Below, piece after piece: positions 17,920 through 28,864 of a DNA stretch of 36,543 nucleotides; the stretch's first letter is position 1; the number at the start of each line of letters is the position of its first letter. Below the pieces are notes generated by a model, which had not been told where the DNA came from, ran no database searches, and saw only the letters and a list, made by a program, of their open reading frames with translations. Both the position numbers and the translations under genes were made by a program. Location of the stretch: the sequence record SRR22947727_1387; one strand, 5' to 3'.

Positions 17920-20298
17920 ATGAAAAACATCAAACGAATATTAGTTTCTATTGTATTCATTGCTTTTTTATCTTTAATTATTGTTGTTGTTGTGGTACAG
18001 TCAATGGCACCGAATTATAAAGGCTCCAAATCTTTAGCCGGATTATCAGAAGAAGTTCAAGTGTACTATGACGCCTATGGGGTACCCCATATTTACGGAC
18101 AAACTGAAGAAGATGCTTTTAAGTCTCTTGGCTACGTTCATGCCCAAGACAGGCTTTGGCAAATGGAAGTACTCAGAAGAATTGGTTCTGGCAGGCTTGC
18201 GGAACTCTTTGGATCAGATTTAATAGATACAGACCGTCTTTTTCTCACTTTAGGGATAGATGCATCTAGCGAAAAGGCCGTTGCCCAACTAGACACATCT
18301 AGTCCAGAATATAAACTATCCTTGGCTTATTTAGAGGGGGTAAATAAGTTTGTAACTGATGGTGCCACTCCTGTGGAATTTTATTTAACGGGAATGGAAA
18401 AAACACTTTTTGAATTAAAAGACATATACAATACCCTTGGTTATATGTCATTTAGTTTTGCTGTTGCCCAAAGGACTGATCCCCTTTTATCTAATATTCA
18501 CCATTCACTTGGCTCCAATTACCTCAATGATTTGGAAATTGATTTTGATCCAAAAACTGTGTCTATACCAGTCTTTACAGCAGTAGAAGATCAAATAGCA
18601 GCACTTTTAGAAAAAGTTCCTGCACCACAATTTATTGGTAGTAATGCCTGGGTCATAGGTGCGGAAAAGACCAAAAACGGTGCGGTCATTTTTGCCAATG
18701 ATCCCCATATTGGTTTTGCACAACCCTCAGTATGGTTTGAAGCTCATATTGAGACGCCTCAATATGAAAATTATGGGTATCACTTGGCTGGAATTCCATT
18801 TCCTCTTTTAGCGCACAATAGGAAAATGGCCTATGGACTCACTATGTTTGAGAACGACGACATTGATTTTTATCAGACCCAATCTCATGTTACAGACAGC
18901 AATGCTTACTTGTATGAAGGGGAGTGGCTCCCTTTTCAATTACAAGAAAAACAGATTAAAGTCAAAGACGCCAATCCAATATCTTTTCAAGTAAAGTCTA
19001 CCCTTCACGGTCCCTTAATGAATGAGGTTATAGATGGATTATCAGCAAACAAGCCCCTGAGTATGTCTTGGGTGTATACACAGAGGCCTAATAAAGTATT
19101 AAATGCCCTGTATACTATATCACATGCAGCAGACAAAAATTCATTCAAAACAGCTTTGCCTAATATTCATGCGCCAGGTCTTAATGTGATGTACGGCGAT
19201 AGTGAGGGTAATATTGCTTGGTGGGCCACTGCAGCACTTTACGAACTTCCTCAGGGGGTGTCTTCCAAATTTATTTTAGATGGAACCAATGCAGCACAGG
19301 AGAAAATAAAGTTTACAGATTTTTCTGAAAATCCTATGTCTGAAAATCCACCATGGAACTATGTGTATTCTGCCAACAATGCCCCCTTATTTCCTTCGGG
19401 AAAAACATACCCCGGATATTATTTACCTGAAAACAGGGCCAAGAGAATTGTTCAATTGTTAGATCCAAAAAGTGATTGGGATAAATCCAGTGTTTCAGAG
19501 ATGATTTTAGACCACACCTCTTCAGTAAACCCTGAAATTATAGCAGATTTTAATCTGGCATTAAAAGAGGACACTTCATTTTTTGCTTCTTTGACTACAG
19601 ACGAACAATGGGCTTACAATGATTTGCAATCTTGGGAAGGTGATTATCCAGAAACAACTACAGCAGCTGCTTTATTTCACAAGTGGGAATATTATTTTTT
19701 AAAGGCGGTATTCTTAGATGAGCTTGGAGAAACCCAATTTAAAGCCATTCAAACCACGCATTTTTTTAAAAGGGCTATTGCGCCTATAGCTAAAAAGGCA
19801 GAGAGTATTTGGTTTGACAACAAAAAAACTGCTGAAATAGAAACTAAAAGTGAATTACTGAAATCTTCCTTCAAAATAGCTTTCAAAGACCTTACGGATG
19901 GTTTTGGAACTGATCCAAAACAATGGAAATGGGGAAAAATACATACCGTAGAACACGAACATCCTATTGGTAAAATTGCAGCCTTAAGAAGTTTTTTTAA
20001 TGTAGGACCTTTTCCAATTAGTGGTGGTAAGGAAGTAATTAATAACACTGGTTTTAGTTACACAGAGGCAGGTGGGTTTAAAGCGAATCAAGGTCCTTCT
20101 ACCAGAAGGGTGATTGATTTCTCAGACATAGAGCATGCACTTGGAATATTGCCTACCGGGCAATCAGGAAATCCGTTTAGCGCTCACTATGAAGATCAGG
20201 CACAGCTTTACAGAAATGGTGGTTTTAGAACCCTGCTGCTCAATAAAGAAGAAATTATTAGTCAGTCTTCAAAATTGGTCTTAAAGCCCTCTAGATAA
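17920..20298 (+). CDS. Penicillin acylase family (peptidase S45) Ntn-hydrolase
   Basis: DAYGVPHIY, GYVHAQDRLWQME, catalytic GSNAW (Ser codon 18640-18642), ANDPH, SANN and PTGQSGNPFSAHY; N-terminal membrane anchor. Confidence 0.92.
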   Translation: MKNIKRILVSIVFIAFLSLIIVVVVVQSMAPNYKGSKSLAGLSEEVQVYYDAYGVPHIYGQTEEDAFKSLGYVHAQDRLWQMEVLRRIGSGRLAELFGSDLIDTDRLFLTLGIDASSEKAVAQLDTSSPEYKLSLAYLEGVNKFVTDGATPVEFYLTGMEKTLFELKDIYNTLGYMSFSFAVAQRTDPLLSNIHHSLGSNYLNDLEIDFDPKTVSIPVFTAVEDQIAALLEKVPAPQFIGSNAWVIGAEKTKNGAVIFANDPHIGFAQPSVWFEAHIETPQYENYGYHLAGIPFPLLAHNRKMAYGLTMFENDDIDFYQTQSHVTDSNAYLYEGEWLPFQLQEKQIKVKDANPISFQVKSTLHGPLMNEVIDGLSANKPLSMSWVYTQRPNKVLNALYTISHAADKNSFKTALPNIHAPGLNVMYGDSEGNIAWWATAALYELPQGVSSKFILDGTNAAQEKIKFTDFSENPMSENPPWNYVYSANNAPLFPSGKTYPGYYLPENRAKRIVQLLDPKSDWDKSSVSEMILDHTSSVNPEIIADFNLALKEDTSFFASLTTDEQWAYNDLQSWEGDYPETTTAAALFHKWEYYFLKAVFLDELGETQFKAIQTTHFFKRAIAPIAKKAESIWFDNKKTAEIETKSELLKSSFKIAFKDLTDGFGTDPKQWKWGKIHTVEHEHPIGKIAALRSFFNVGPFPISGGKEVINNTGFSYTEAGGFKANQGPSTRRVIDFSDIEHALGILPTGQSGNPFSAHYEDQAQLYRNGGFRTLLLNKEEIISQSSKLVLKPSR

Positions 20299-20395
20299 AT
20301 TCACCTTAAAATTCATTTATCCCAGTCAGTTTGCTTTTTATAGAACTGCTTCTTACCCACAGATACTTTTAGCTACCTTATAAAAAAAATATAAG

Positions 20396-21964
20396 ATGCT
20401 TACAAAACTGTATGGGAGTGCTGTATTTGGTATTAGCGCTGTAACCATTACTATAGATGTCCATATAGCCCTTGGTATTGGGTATCATCTGGTTGGAATG
20501 CCAGATAATGCAGTCAAAGAGAGTCACTATAGGATTGCAGCAGCACTTTTAAACAATGGATATAGAATACCGGGTAAGAAGATTACGATTAATATGGCTC
20601 CTGCAGCCTTGAAAAAAGAAGGGGCTGCTTACGACCTCACACTGGCTTTTGGCATATTATTGGCTTCTTCCCAGTTAAAAGGAGTTGATTCAAAAGACTA
20701 CTTAATTATGGGAGAGCTTTCCTTAGATGGAAGTATTTTACCTGTTAAAGGTGTTTTGGCAATGGCCATTCAAGCTTTGGAAGAAGGCTTTAAAGGGATT
20801 GTAATCCCCAAGGAAAATGAGGCAGAAGCAGGGCTAATTGTAGGGATAGCAATTATTGGGGTGTCACACCTTACTGAAGTAGTTCACTTTTTTAACCATG
20901 CGTCTCATCAGTTGTCATTTTCTAGCCATCAGGCCTCTAATCACAACATTAAAGGGGAGGGTCTAAAAGATCAAAAGTCACTGTCTGGCCTAACAAATAA
21001 GCCCTCGCTTTGCTTTAGTGACGTTAAAGGGCAGGAAGGGATTAAGCGCGCCATGGAAGTAGCTGCAGCAGGAGGACACAATATTTTACTCATTGGACCT
21101 CCTGGGGCAGGAAAAACGATGATTTCTAAAAGACTTCCATCTATTTTACCAGAGATGAATTTTCAAGAGGCCTTGGAAACTACAAAAATTCATTCTGTAG
21201 CAGGAATACTGGAAACCCATGGATTATTATGTCAGCGTCCATTTAGAAGCCCACATCATTCTATTTCAGACGTAGCCTTAGTAGGAGGAGGGAGCTTTCC
21301 CCAGCCAGGTGAAATTTCTTTGGCCCACAATGGAGTGCTTTTTTTGGACGAGCTTCCAGAATTTAAGAAAGGTGTTTTAGAGGTTTTAAGACAGCCCTTG
21401 GAAGACCGTAAAATAACAATATCTAGGGCCAAATATACCATAAGCTATCCAGCCAGTTTTATGCTAGTGGCTAGCATGAATCCTAGTCCATCGGGTCATT
21501 TTTCTCAACAAAACACACTGTATGACTCTAACGCTCAAGAGGCCCAGAGGTATGTTTCAAAGATATCTGGCCCTCTTTTAGTCAGAATAGACATTCAATT
21601 AGAAGTTCAGGCGGTTTCTTATGAAAAATTGTCTGACACTTCTTTTTCTGAGACGAGTGCTGTTATCTTGGAAAGGGTACAGAAATCTAGAGATATTCAA
21701 TTGAAACGTTTTAAAACCATAGAAGGGGTCTTTCACAACGCACAAATGGATGTTAATGAAATTCAAGCTTTTTGTGTTTTAAATGATGAAAGTCAATTAA
21801 TTATTAAAGCAGCCATGAAACGTTTGCGCTTTTCTGTCCGGGCATACAGCCGCATTATTAAAGTGGCTAGAACCATTGCAGATTTAGAGGGCACAATTGA
21901 TATTCAAAGTGTACACATAGCGGAAGCCATTCAATACAGAACAATGGACAGGAATACGTATTAA
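20396..21964 (+). CDS. comM: YifB/ComM family Mg-chelatase-like AAA+ ATPase
   Basis: ITINMAPA, GPPGAGKT Walker A, RPFRSPHH, PGEISLAHNGVLFLDELPEF, KVARTIADL. Confidence 0.92.
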   Translation: MLTKLYGSAVFGISAVTITIDVHIALGIGYHLVGMPDNAVKESHYRIAAALLNNGYRIPGKKITINMAPAALKKEGAAYDLTLAFGILLASSQLKGVDSKDYLIMGELSLDGSILPVKGVLAMAIQALEEGFKGIVIPKENEAEAGLIVGIAIIGVSHLTEVVHFFNHASHQLSFSSHQASNHNIKGEGLKDQKSLSGLTNKPSLCFSDVKGQEGIKRAMEVAAAGGHNILLIGPPGAGKTMISKRLPSILPEMNFQEALETTKIHSVAGILETHGLLCQRPFRSPHHSISDVALVGGGSFPQPGEISLAHNGVLFLDELPEFKKGVLEVLRQPLEDRKITISRAKYTISYPASFMLVASMNPSPSGHFSQQNTLYDSNAQEAQRYVSKISGPLLVRIDIQLEVQAVSYEKLSDTSFSETSAVILERVQKSRDIQLKRFKTIEGVFHNAQMDVNEIQAFCVLNDESQLIIKAAMKRLRFSVRAYSRIIKVARTIADLEGTIDIQSVHIAEAIQYRTMDRNTY

Positions 21965-22214
21965 ATAATGACTTGACTTAAATGGAGGGCCACTCTTTTT
22001 AAGTATTAAAACTTAGTTGCATTATTTTAATGATTTATAATTCTCCTTAATTGTATTGGTGTTTTCATGAAATAAATAATACAGTTAATTTGCTTTATTG
22101 AATATGATAAAAAAACACACTTAAACAGTTCTTATTCAGCATTTTAAATTACATTTTAAGTGCTTGAATACAGCCCAATACAGTAAGACCACTTCTCTGA
22201 GAGTGAGAATAGGT

Positions 22215-22237
22215 TAAATTTGATAATAATATCAAAT
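22215..22237 (+). promoter_or_regulatory. ilvD promoter -7 element overlapped by a perfect palindrome (candidate operator)
   Basis: TAAATTTG (22215-22222); ATTTGATA-ATAA-TATCAAAT (22218-22237). Confidence 0.6.
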
Positions 22238-22261
22238 AGAATCTTATAATCTGACGCTCTA

Positions 22262-23944
22262 ATGGCAAAAGAATTAAATAAATACAGTAAACACGTTACC
22301 CAAGATCCAACCCAGCCTGCTTCACAGGCAATGCTTCACGCTATTGGTCTTTCTAAAGAAGACCTTAAAAAACCTATGATAGGAATTGGGAGTACAGGAT
22401 ATGAGGGAAATCCTTGCAATATGCATTTAAATGATTTGGCTAAAGAAGTAAAGTTGGGGGTCCAGAAAGCCAATCTTACTGGACTTATCTTTAATACCAT
22501 TGGGGTAAGTGATGGTATTTCAATGGGGACCTTTGGAATGCGCTATTCGTTGCCTTCTAGGGATATTATTGCAGATTCTATGGAAACAGTAGTTCAGGCA
22601 ATGAACTATGATGGTTTGGCTACCATAGTAGGCTGTGATAAAAATATGCCCGGTGCTTTAATGGCAATGATAAGATTAAATAGACCTTCCATAATGGTTT
22701 ATGGAGGAACCATAGCCTCAGGCTGTGCAAGAGGAAAAAAATTAGATGTTGTCTCAGCTTTTGAAGCATGGGGAGAGAAAGTAGCTGGCATTATAGATGA
22801 AAAAGCGTATCAGGAAGTAATTGAAAATGCCTGCCCTGGAGCTGGTGCTTGTGGTGGAATGTATACTGCAAATACAATGGCTAGTGCTATTGAAGCTTTG
22901 GGGATGACTTTACCGTATAATTCTTCTAACCCTGCCACAGGCAATGAGAAACCATTGGATTGTATAGCGTCTGGCGAAGCCTTAGGCTTACTAATAGAAA
23001 AGGATTTAAAACCATTAGATATAATCACCAAAAAGTCTTTAGAAAATGCGGTGAGATTAATCATCGTTTTAGGAGGTTCTACCAACGCGGTATTGCATTT
23101 TTTGGCTATTGCAAAAACAGCAAATATAGATTTTACGCTAGAAGACTTTACCAGAATTTCTAGTGAAACCCCGTTTCTCGCAGACCTTAAGCCTAGTGGT
23201 CAATATCTTATGGAAGATTTACACCGTGTGGGAGGTATACCTGCGGTAATGAAATTTATGCTTCAAAATGACATGCTTCACGGTGATTGTATGACGGTTA
23301 CTGGAAAAACAATAGCAGAAAACCTCCAATCTGTTCCGGATCTTATAAAAGACCAAGATGTCATAAGACCCCTAAATGCACCAATAAAAGAAACTGGACA
23401 TATTAGGATTCTTTACGGTAACCTTGCGGAAGAAGGTGCAGTAGCTAAAATTACAGGAAAAGAAGGGGTTTATTTCAAAGGGCCTGCTAAAGTGTACGAA
23501 GGAGAGTTTTTAGCCAATGATGGTATAAAAGCAGGAGAAGTTAAAAAAGGAGATGTGGTGGTCATTCGTTACGAAGGCCCAAAGGGAGGACCAGGAATGC
23601 CAGAAATGTTAAAGCCTACAGCAGCCATTATGGGTGCGGGTCTTGGCAAAGAGGTCGCTTTAATTACAGATGGACGTTTTTCTGGAGGTACCCACGGATT
23701 TGTAGTAGGACACGTGTCTCCTGAAGCTCAAGTTGGAGGAACCATTGGATTGGTTCAAGATGGAGACATTATTACTATAGATGCTAGCTCAAACACCATT
23801 TCGTTAGATATAGATATAGCAGAACTCAATAAGCGGAAAGCATTATGGGTAGCCCCTGAACTTAAAGTCAGTAGTGGTAGTTTATATAAATTTGCGAACA
23901 TAGTTTCTTCTGCATCTAAAGGATGCGTAACAGACGTTTTTTAA
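22262..23944 (+). CDS. ilvD: Dihydroxy-acid dehydratase
   Basis: [44 protein letters not shown] and ITDGRFSGG motifs. Confidence 0.97.
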   Translation: MAKELNKYSKHVTQDPTQPASQAMLHAIGLSKEDLKKPMIGIGSTGYEGNPCNMHLNDLAKEVKLGVQKANLTGLIFNTIGVSDGISMGTFGMRYSLPSRDIIADSMETVVQAMNYDGLATIVGCDKNMPGALMAMIRLNRPSIMVYGGTIASGCARGKKLDVVSAFEAWGEKVAGIIDEKAYQEVIENACPGAGACGGMYTANTMASAIEALGMTLPYNSSNPATGNEKPLDCIASGEALGLLIEKDLKPLDIITKKSLENAVRLIIVLGGSTNAVLHFLAIAKTANIDFTLEDFTRISSETPFLADLKPSGQYLMEDLHRVGGIPAVMKFMLQNDMLHGDCMTVTGKTIAENLQSVPDLIKDQDVIRPLNAPIKETGHIRILYGNLAEEGAVAKITGKEGVYFKGPAKVYEGEFLANDGIKAGEVKKGDVVVIRYEGPKGGPGMPEMLKPTAAIMGAGLGKEVALITDGRFSGGTHGFVVGHVSPEAQVGGTIGLVQDGDIITIDASSNTISLDIDIAELNKRKALWVAPELKVSSGSLYKFANIVSSASKGCVTDVF

Positions 23945-23950
23945 TTAATT

Positions 23951-25672
23951 ATGCAAATGACAACAACGACAAATTCATCTAAACAAATGAATATAACTGG
24001 AGCAGAGGCCATTATTCATTGTCTCTTGGCAGAAGGTGTAGATCTTATATACGGATACCCTGGTGGTGCTATTATGCCAGTATATGACGAATTATACAAA
24101 TTCCAGGACAAACTCACCCACATACTGACCAGACACGAGCAAGGGGCTACTCATGCAGCTCAGGGTTATGCAAGAGTGAGTGGAAAGGTAGGGGTGGCCA
24201 TTGCTACCTCAGGACCAGGAGCAACTAATTTAGTTACTGGATTGGCAGACGCTCAAATAGATTCTACGCCAATGGTTTGTATTACTGGCCAGGTGGGAAG
24301 ACATTTATTGGGTACAGATGCCTTTCAAGAAACGGATATTATAGGTATTTCTACTCCAGTGACTAAGTGGAACTATCAAATCACTGAAGCGAGCGAAATA
24401 CCTGAGATTTTAGCCAAAGCCTTCTATATTGCCCGATCTGGAAGACCAGGACCGGTACTCATAGACATCACTAAAAATGCGCAATTTGAGTCTTTAGATT
24501 TTATCTATGAGAAATGTACTAAGGTAAGGAGTTATATTCCTACCCCTGTGGCCTCCAAAGAAAGTTTGTCTGAAGCAGCAGCCTTGATTAATACGGCTAA
24601 AAAACCATTCATCATTTTTGGACAAGGGGTTATATTGTCAGAGGGTGAAAAGGAATTTAAGGATTTTGTAGAAAAATCTGGTATACCAGCCGCTTGGACT
24701 GTGCTAGGATTGTCTGCATTAGAGACCAGTCACCCGCTGAATGTAGGTATGGTAGGAATGCATGGAAATTATGGTCCAAATATGCTCACCAATGAGTGCG
24801 ATGTATTAATCACCATTGGGATGCGTTTTGACGACAGGGTGACAGGAAATTTAGAGACTTATGCCAAGCAAGCTAAAGTGATTCATTTTGAGATTGACCC
24901 AGCAGAGATAGATAAAAATGTAAAGACTACTGTAGCGGTACTAGGAGATGCTAAAGTAAGTTTAAGAAATATACTCCCATTAATCAATAAAAACACTCAC
25001 GAAGATTGGTTGAAAAATTTCCATGAGCACTATGAGATTGAGTATGAACAAGTGATTAAAAACGATTTATACCCAACCAAGCCCGGCCTTACAATGGGAG
25101 AGGCCATAAGAATACTCAATGAAAAGAGTGGAAACAAGGCTATCATAGTTACAGATGTAGGACAACACCAGATGGTCGCTTGCAGGTATGCCGGCTTCTC
25201 TCAAACAAAAAGTAATGTAACTTCAGGAGGCTTAGGTACTATGGGCTTTGCACTTCCTGCTGCCATTGGCGCAAAAATGGGTGCTCCAGACAGAGAAGTA
25301 GTTGCTATTATTGGAGATGGAGGCTACCAAATGACCATCCAAGAATTAGGAACTATTTTCCAAAATAAGACTGCCGTAAAAATCATGGTACTCAACAACG
25401 AGCATCTCGGTATGGTTAGACAATGGCAAGAATTGTTTTTCGAAAGTAGGTATGCTTCTACTGTAATGAGTAATCCTGACTTCGTTAAGATTGCTGCAGG
25501 TTATGATATAGAGGCAGCAAGAGTCAGTGAAAGATATCAATTGGCTGGGGCCATAGAAAAAATGATGGCACATAAGGGACCTTACTTTTTAGAGGTATGT
25601 GTAGAAAATGAACATAACGTATTTCCAATGATACCCACTGGAGCATCCGTTTCAGAGATTAGACTAAAATAG
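23951..25672 (+). CDS. ilvB: Acetolactate synthase large subunit
   Basis: GYPGGA, RHEQGA, TSGPGATN, GMRFDDRV, DVGQHQM and TPP-binding GDGG...NN motifs; the exact start Met is uncertain. Confidence 0.96.
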   Translation: MQMTTTTNSSKQMNITGAEAIIHCLLAEGVDLIYGYPGGAIMPVYDELYKFQDKLTHILTRHEQGATHAAQGYARVSGKVGVAIATSGPGATNLVTGLADAQIDSTPMVCITGQVGRHLLGTDAFQETDIIGISTPVTKWNYQITEASEIPEILAKAFYIARSGRPGPVLIDITKNAQFESLDFIYEKCTKVRSYIPTPVASKESLSEAAALINTAKKPFIIFGQGVILSEGEKEFKDFVEKSGIPAAWTVLGLSALETSHPLNVGMVGMHGNYGPNMLTNECDVLITIGMRFDDRVTGNLETYAKQAKVIHFEIDPAEIDKNVKTTVAVLGDAKVSLRNILPLINKNTHEDWLKNFHEHYEIEYEQVIKNDLYPTKPGLTMGEAIRILNEKSGNKAIIVTDVGQHQMVACRYAGFSQTKSNVTSGGLGTMGFALPAAIGAKMGAPDREVVAIIGDGGYQMTIQELGTIFQNKTAVKIMVLNNEHLGMVRQWQELFFESRYASTVMSNPDFVKIAAGYDIEAARVSERYQLAGAIEKMMAHKGPYFLEVCVENEHNVFPMIPTGASVSEIRLK

Positions 25673-25678
25673 CACAAG

Positions 25679-26197
25679 ATGGAGAATGCATGGTATACCA
25701 TCTCTGTTTACTCAGAGAATAACGTAGGATTATTGAATAGAATATCAGGAATATTCTTAAAGCGACACATCAATATAGAAAGCTTAAATGTCTCTAAATC
25801 AGAGATTGATAATGTATCTAAATTCACAATAGTTGTGTTTACTACACCCAAATGGGTGCATAATATTGCGGGGCAAATAGAAAAGCAGATAGAGGTGATT
25901 AAGGTTTTTTCTCATACAGATGATGAAATTATCTATCAGGAGGCTGCTCTATTTAAAGTAAACTCAAGTTTGCTATTTGACGAAAGAGAGATTCAAAATA
26001 TTATAAAAGACAGCAATGCTCAAATTGTCACTGTTTCCAGAGACTTTTTTGTAATTTCAAAATCTGGAAGAAGGTCAGAGGTAGACACGCTTTACGATCA
26101 GCTAAAACCATTTGGTATTATGCAATTTGTGCGGTCTGGTAGGATTGCTGTGTCAAAATCAGAAATGCAGATATCGTCCTTGTTAAAGGACTTTTAA
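25679..26197 (+). CDS. ilvN: Acetolactate synthase small (regulatory) subunit
   Basis: ACT domain ENNVGLLNRISGIFLKRHINIESL, C-terminal VRSGRIA; directly after ilvB. Confidence 0.95.
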   Translation: MENAWYTISVYSENNVGLLNRISGIFLKRHINIESLNVSKSEIDNVSKFTIVVFTTPKWVHNIAGQIEKQIEVIKVFSHTDDEIIYQEAALFKVNSSLLFDEREIQNIIKDSNAQIVTVSRDFFVISKSGRRSEVDTLYDQLKPFGIMQFVRSGRIAVSKSEMQISSLLKDF

Positions 26198-26234
26198 TAA
26201 ACAATTAAATAAATTATAACAAGAAATTTTTATC

Positions 26235-27710
26235 ATGGCAAATTATTTTAATACCCTATCTCTAAGAGAACAACTGACCCAATTGGGAAAATGTAGGTTT
26301 ATGGAATCTTCTGAATTTTCAGATGGGGTGGAAGCCTTAAAAGGAAAGAAAATTGTAATTGTAGGCTGTGGCGCTCAAGGGTTAAACCAAGGTTTAAACA
26401 TGAGAGATTCTGGTTTAGATATTTCTTATACCTTAAGGGCTGAAGCGATTGCGCAAAAAAGGGCTTCTTTTATAAATGCTACTGAAAATAATTTCAAGGT
26501 AGGTACTTATGAGGCGTTAATTCCTCATGCAGATGTAGTCATTAACCTAACTCCAGATAAACAACACACCGCTGTGGTGACTGCTGTAATGCCACTCATG
26601 AAGCAAGGGGCTACATTATCTTATTCTCATGGATTCAATATTGTAGAAGAAGGAATGCAAGTACGTAAAGATTTGACCGTTATTATGGTTGCACCTAAGT
26701 GTCCTGGTTCTGAGGTGAGAGAAGAGTACAAGAGAGGTTTTGGGGTACCTACACTTATTGCAGTGCACCCAGACAATGACCCTCAAGGTGTTGGTTTAGC
26801 TCAAGCCAAAGCCTATGCAGTAGCTACTGGTGGGGATAGGGCAGGTGTGTTAGAATCTTCTTTTGTTGCTGAGGTTAAGTCCGATTTAATGGGAGAACAA
26901 ACCATTTTATGTGGTCTGCTTCAGACTGGGTCTATTTTGTGTTTTGACAAAATGGTTGAAAAAGGAATGGATAAAGGATACGCAGCAAAATTAATTCAAT
27001 ACGGGTGGGAAGCCATTACGGAAGGATTGAAATACGGTGGTATTACTCATATGATGGACCGTTTGTCTAATCCTGCAAAAATAAAAGCCTACGAATTGTC
27101 TGAGGAATTAAAAGACATTATGAGGCCTTTGTTTAACAAGCATATGGACGACATTATTTCTGGTCATTTCTCTCAAACAATGATGGAGGATTGGGCTAAT
27201 GACGACAAAAATCTTTTAGAATGGAGGGCTGCTACAGGAGAAACTGCTTTTGAAAAAACACCTATTTCTTCTGAGACTATCACGGAGCAGGCGTTTTACG
27301 ATCACGGTGTTTTAATGGTTGCCATGGTTAGGGCAGGAGTAGAATTGGCTTTTGAGGCCATGACTGCTTCAGGTATTATTGAAGAGTCTGCTTACTATGA
27401 GTCGCTTCACGAGACCCCATTAATTGCCAATACAATTGCAAGAAAGAAATTATTTGAAATGAATAGGGTTATTTCTGATACAGCGGAATATGGTTGTTAT
27501 TTGTTTGATCATGCTTGTAAGCCTTTATTGGCAGATTTTATGACGCGTATTGACACAGATGTGATTGGAACGGCTTACGGGAGAGGGACTGACAATAAGG
27601 TGTCTAACACACAATTGGTGACTATAAACGCAGCACTAAGGAATCATCCTGTAGAAATAGTAGGTGCTAGATTAAGGGCATCTATGACTGCAATGAAACC
27701 TATCGTTTAA
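26235..27710 (+). CDS. ilvC: Ketol-acid reductoisomerase (long, class II)
   Basis: 491 aa; [32 protein letters not shown], duplicated C-terminal domain. Confidence 0.97.
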   Translation: MANYFNTLSLREQLTQLGKCRFMESSEFSDGVEALKGKKIVIVGCGAQGLNQGLNMRDSGLDISYTLRAEAIAQKRASFINATENNFKVGTYEALIPHADVVINLTPDKQHTAVVTAVMPLMKQGATLSYSHGFNIVEEGMQVRKDLTVIMVAPKCPGSEVREEYKRGFGVPTLIAVHPDNDPQGVGLAQAKAYAVATGGDRAGVLESSFVAEVKSDLMGEQTILCGLLQTGSILCFDKMVEKGMDKGYAAKLIQYGWEAITEGLKYGGITHMMDRLSNPAKIKAYELSEELKDIMRPLFNKHMDDIISGHFSQTMMEDWANDDKNLLEWRAATGETAFEKTPISSETITEQAFYDHGVLMVAMVRAGVELAFEAMTASGIIEESAYYESLHETPLIANTIARKKLFEMNRVISDTAEYGCYLFDHACKPLLADFMTRIDTDVIGTAYGRGTDNKVSNTQLVTINAALRNHPVEIVGARLRASMTAMKPIV

Positions 27711-27732
27711 TATTGTATTAATAAATGGTATT

Positions 27733-27765
27733 AAAAAGCCCCGCTCATAGAGCGGGGCTTTTTTT
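27733..27765. terminator. Bidirectional intrinsic terminator (ilvC / leuB)
   Basis: AAAAAGCCCCGCTC-ATA-GAGCGGGGCTTTTTTT between convergent operons. Confidence 0.92.
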
Positions 27766-27794
27766 ATTGTATCAATGGGTGTTATAGTTCTTTA

Positions 27795-28862
27795 TTAGGC
27801 TTCTAATATTTTAGCGGCCAACCAATCGCCTACGGCCGATGTCTTTTGAGGGGCCACGCCTTCTGCTAAGTCTTCAGTGACAAAACCAGCCTCTAGAGAT
27901 TCATTGACTACTTTTCTGATTAAAGCAGCTTCTTCGTTTAGCCCAAATGCGTCTTCAAACATCATGGCAGCAGAGAGTACTGTAGCCAATGGATTGGCTA
28001 TATCTTTTCCTGCAGCTTGAGGGTAAGAACCGTGAATAGGTTCAAATAAAGAAGTTTCTGTTCCAACAGAAGCAGAAGGCATGAGTCCCATAGATCCAGA
28101 TATCACTGAAGCTTCATCTGTAAGAATGTCTCCAAATAAGTTTTCAGTAATGAGTACATCATAGGTATTAGGCCATTGTACTAATCTCATGGCCACAGCG
28201 TCAACAAATTCATAGGAAACAGTCACTTCTGGATAATCTTTTTCCATGGCTTGAACCGTTTCCCTCCAAAGCCTGGAAGTTTCTAATACATTCGCCTTGT
28301 CTACACAACACAATTTTTTAGTCCGAGTCATGGCCAATTCAAAGCCTTTTTTCGCCAGTCTTTGTACTTCTGGTCTGGTATAAGTACAAGTGTCATAAGC
28401 CGTATTACCATTGTCTTCTCTACCTCTTTTTCCAAAATAGATCCCACCAGTAAGTTCTCTGAGAAACACCAAATCCGTTCCTTCTATACGCGCTCTTTTT
28501 AGTGGAGATTTATCGATGAGAGAAGGGAAGGTAAAAGTAGGCCTTACATTGGCAAAGAGCCCTAATTTTTTACGCATTTTTAACAAGCCCTGTTCTGGCC
28601 TTACTGTTGCGGATGGGTCATTGTCGTACTTTGGATCCCCAATGGCACCAAATAACACCGCGTCTGCTGCGAGGCATATTTCATGAGTAGCATCTGGATA
28701 AGGATCACCAACGGCATCTATAGCCGCTGCTCCTGTGAGTGCTGGTTTCCAGCTAATTTCATGGTTAAATTTCTTGGCAATAGCGTTAGAGACCTTTACT
28801 GCTTGATCAATGACTTCAGGGCCTATGCCGTCTCCGGCCAATAAGGCAATAGATAGTTTCAT
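27795..28862 (-). CDS. leuB: 3-isopropylmalate dehydrogenase
   Basis: GDGIGPEV, RELTGGIYFG, VDKANVL, NLFGDILTDEA and EPIHGSYP motifs. Confidence 0.95.
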   Translation of the reverse strand: MKLSIALLAGDGIGPEVIDQAVKVSNAIAKKFNHEISWKPALTGAAAIDAVGDPYPDATHEICLAADAVLFGAIGDPKYDNDPSATVRPEQGLLKMRKKLGLFANVRPTFTFPSLIDKSPLKRARIEGTDLVFLRELTGGIYFGKRGREDNGNTAYDTCTYTRPEVQRLAKKGFELAMTRTKKLCCVDKANVLETSRLWRETVQAMEKDYPEVTVSYEFVDAVAMRLVQWPNTYDVLITENLFGDILTDEASVISGSMGLMPSASVGTETSLFEPIHGSYPQAAGKDIANPLATVLSAAMMFEDAFGLNEEAALIRKVVNESLEAGFVTEDLAEGVAPQKTSAVGDWLAAKILEA

Positions 28863-28864
28863 AA

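Noticed and set aside
21470..21550. ComM lacking the CPCG zinc-finger cysteines (reads MNPSPSG)
   Set aside because: Cys-less variants of this segment are common in the YifB/ComM family, so this is not a sign of decay
21965..22261. Attenuator leader peptide or riboswitch upstream of ilvD
   Set aside because: The mini-ORFs present (MEGHSF, MIYNSP, MIKKHT) are not Ile/Leu/Val-rich, and no terminator/antiterminator or T-box features are visible
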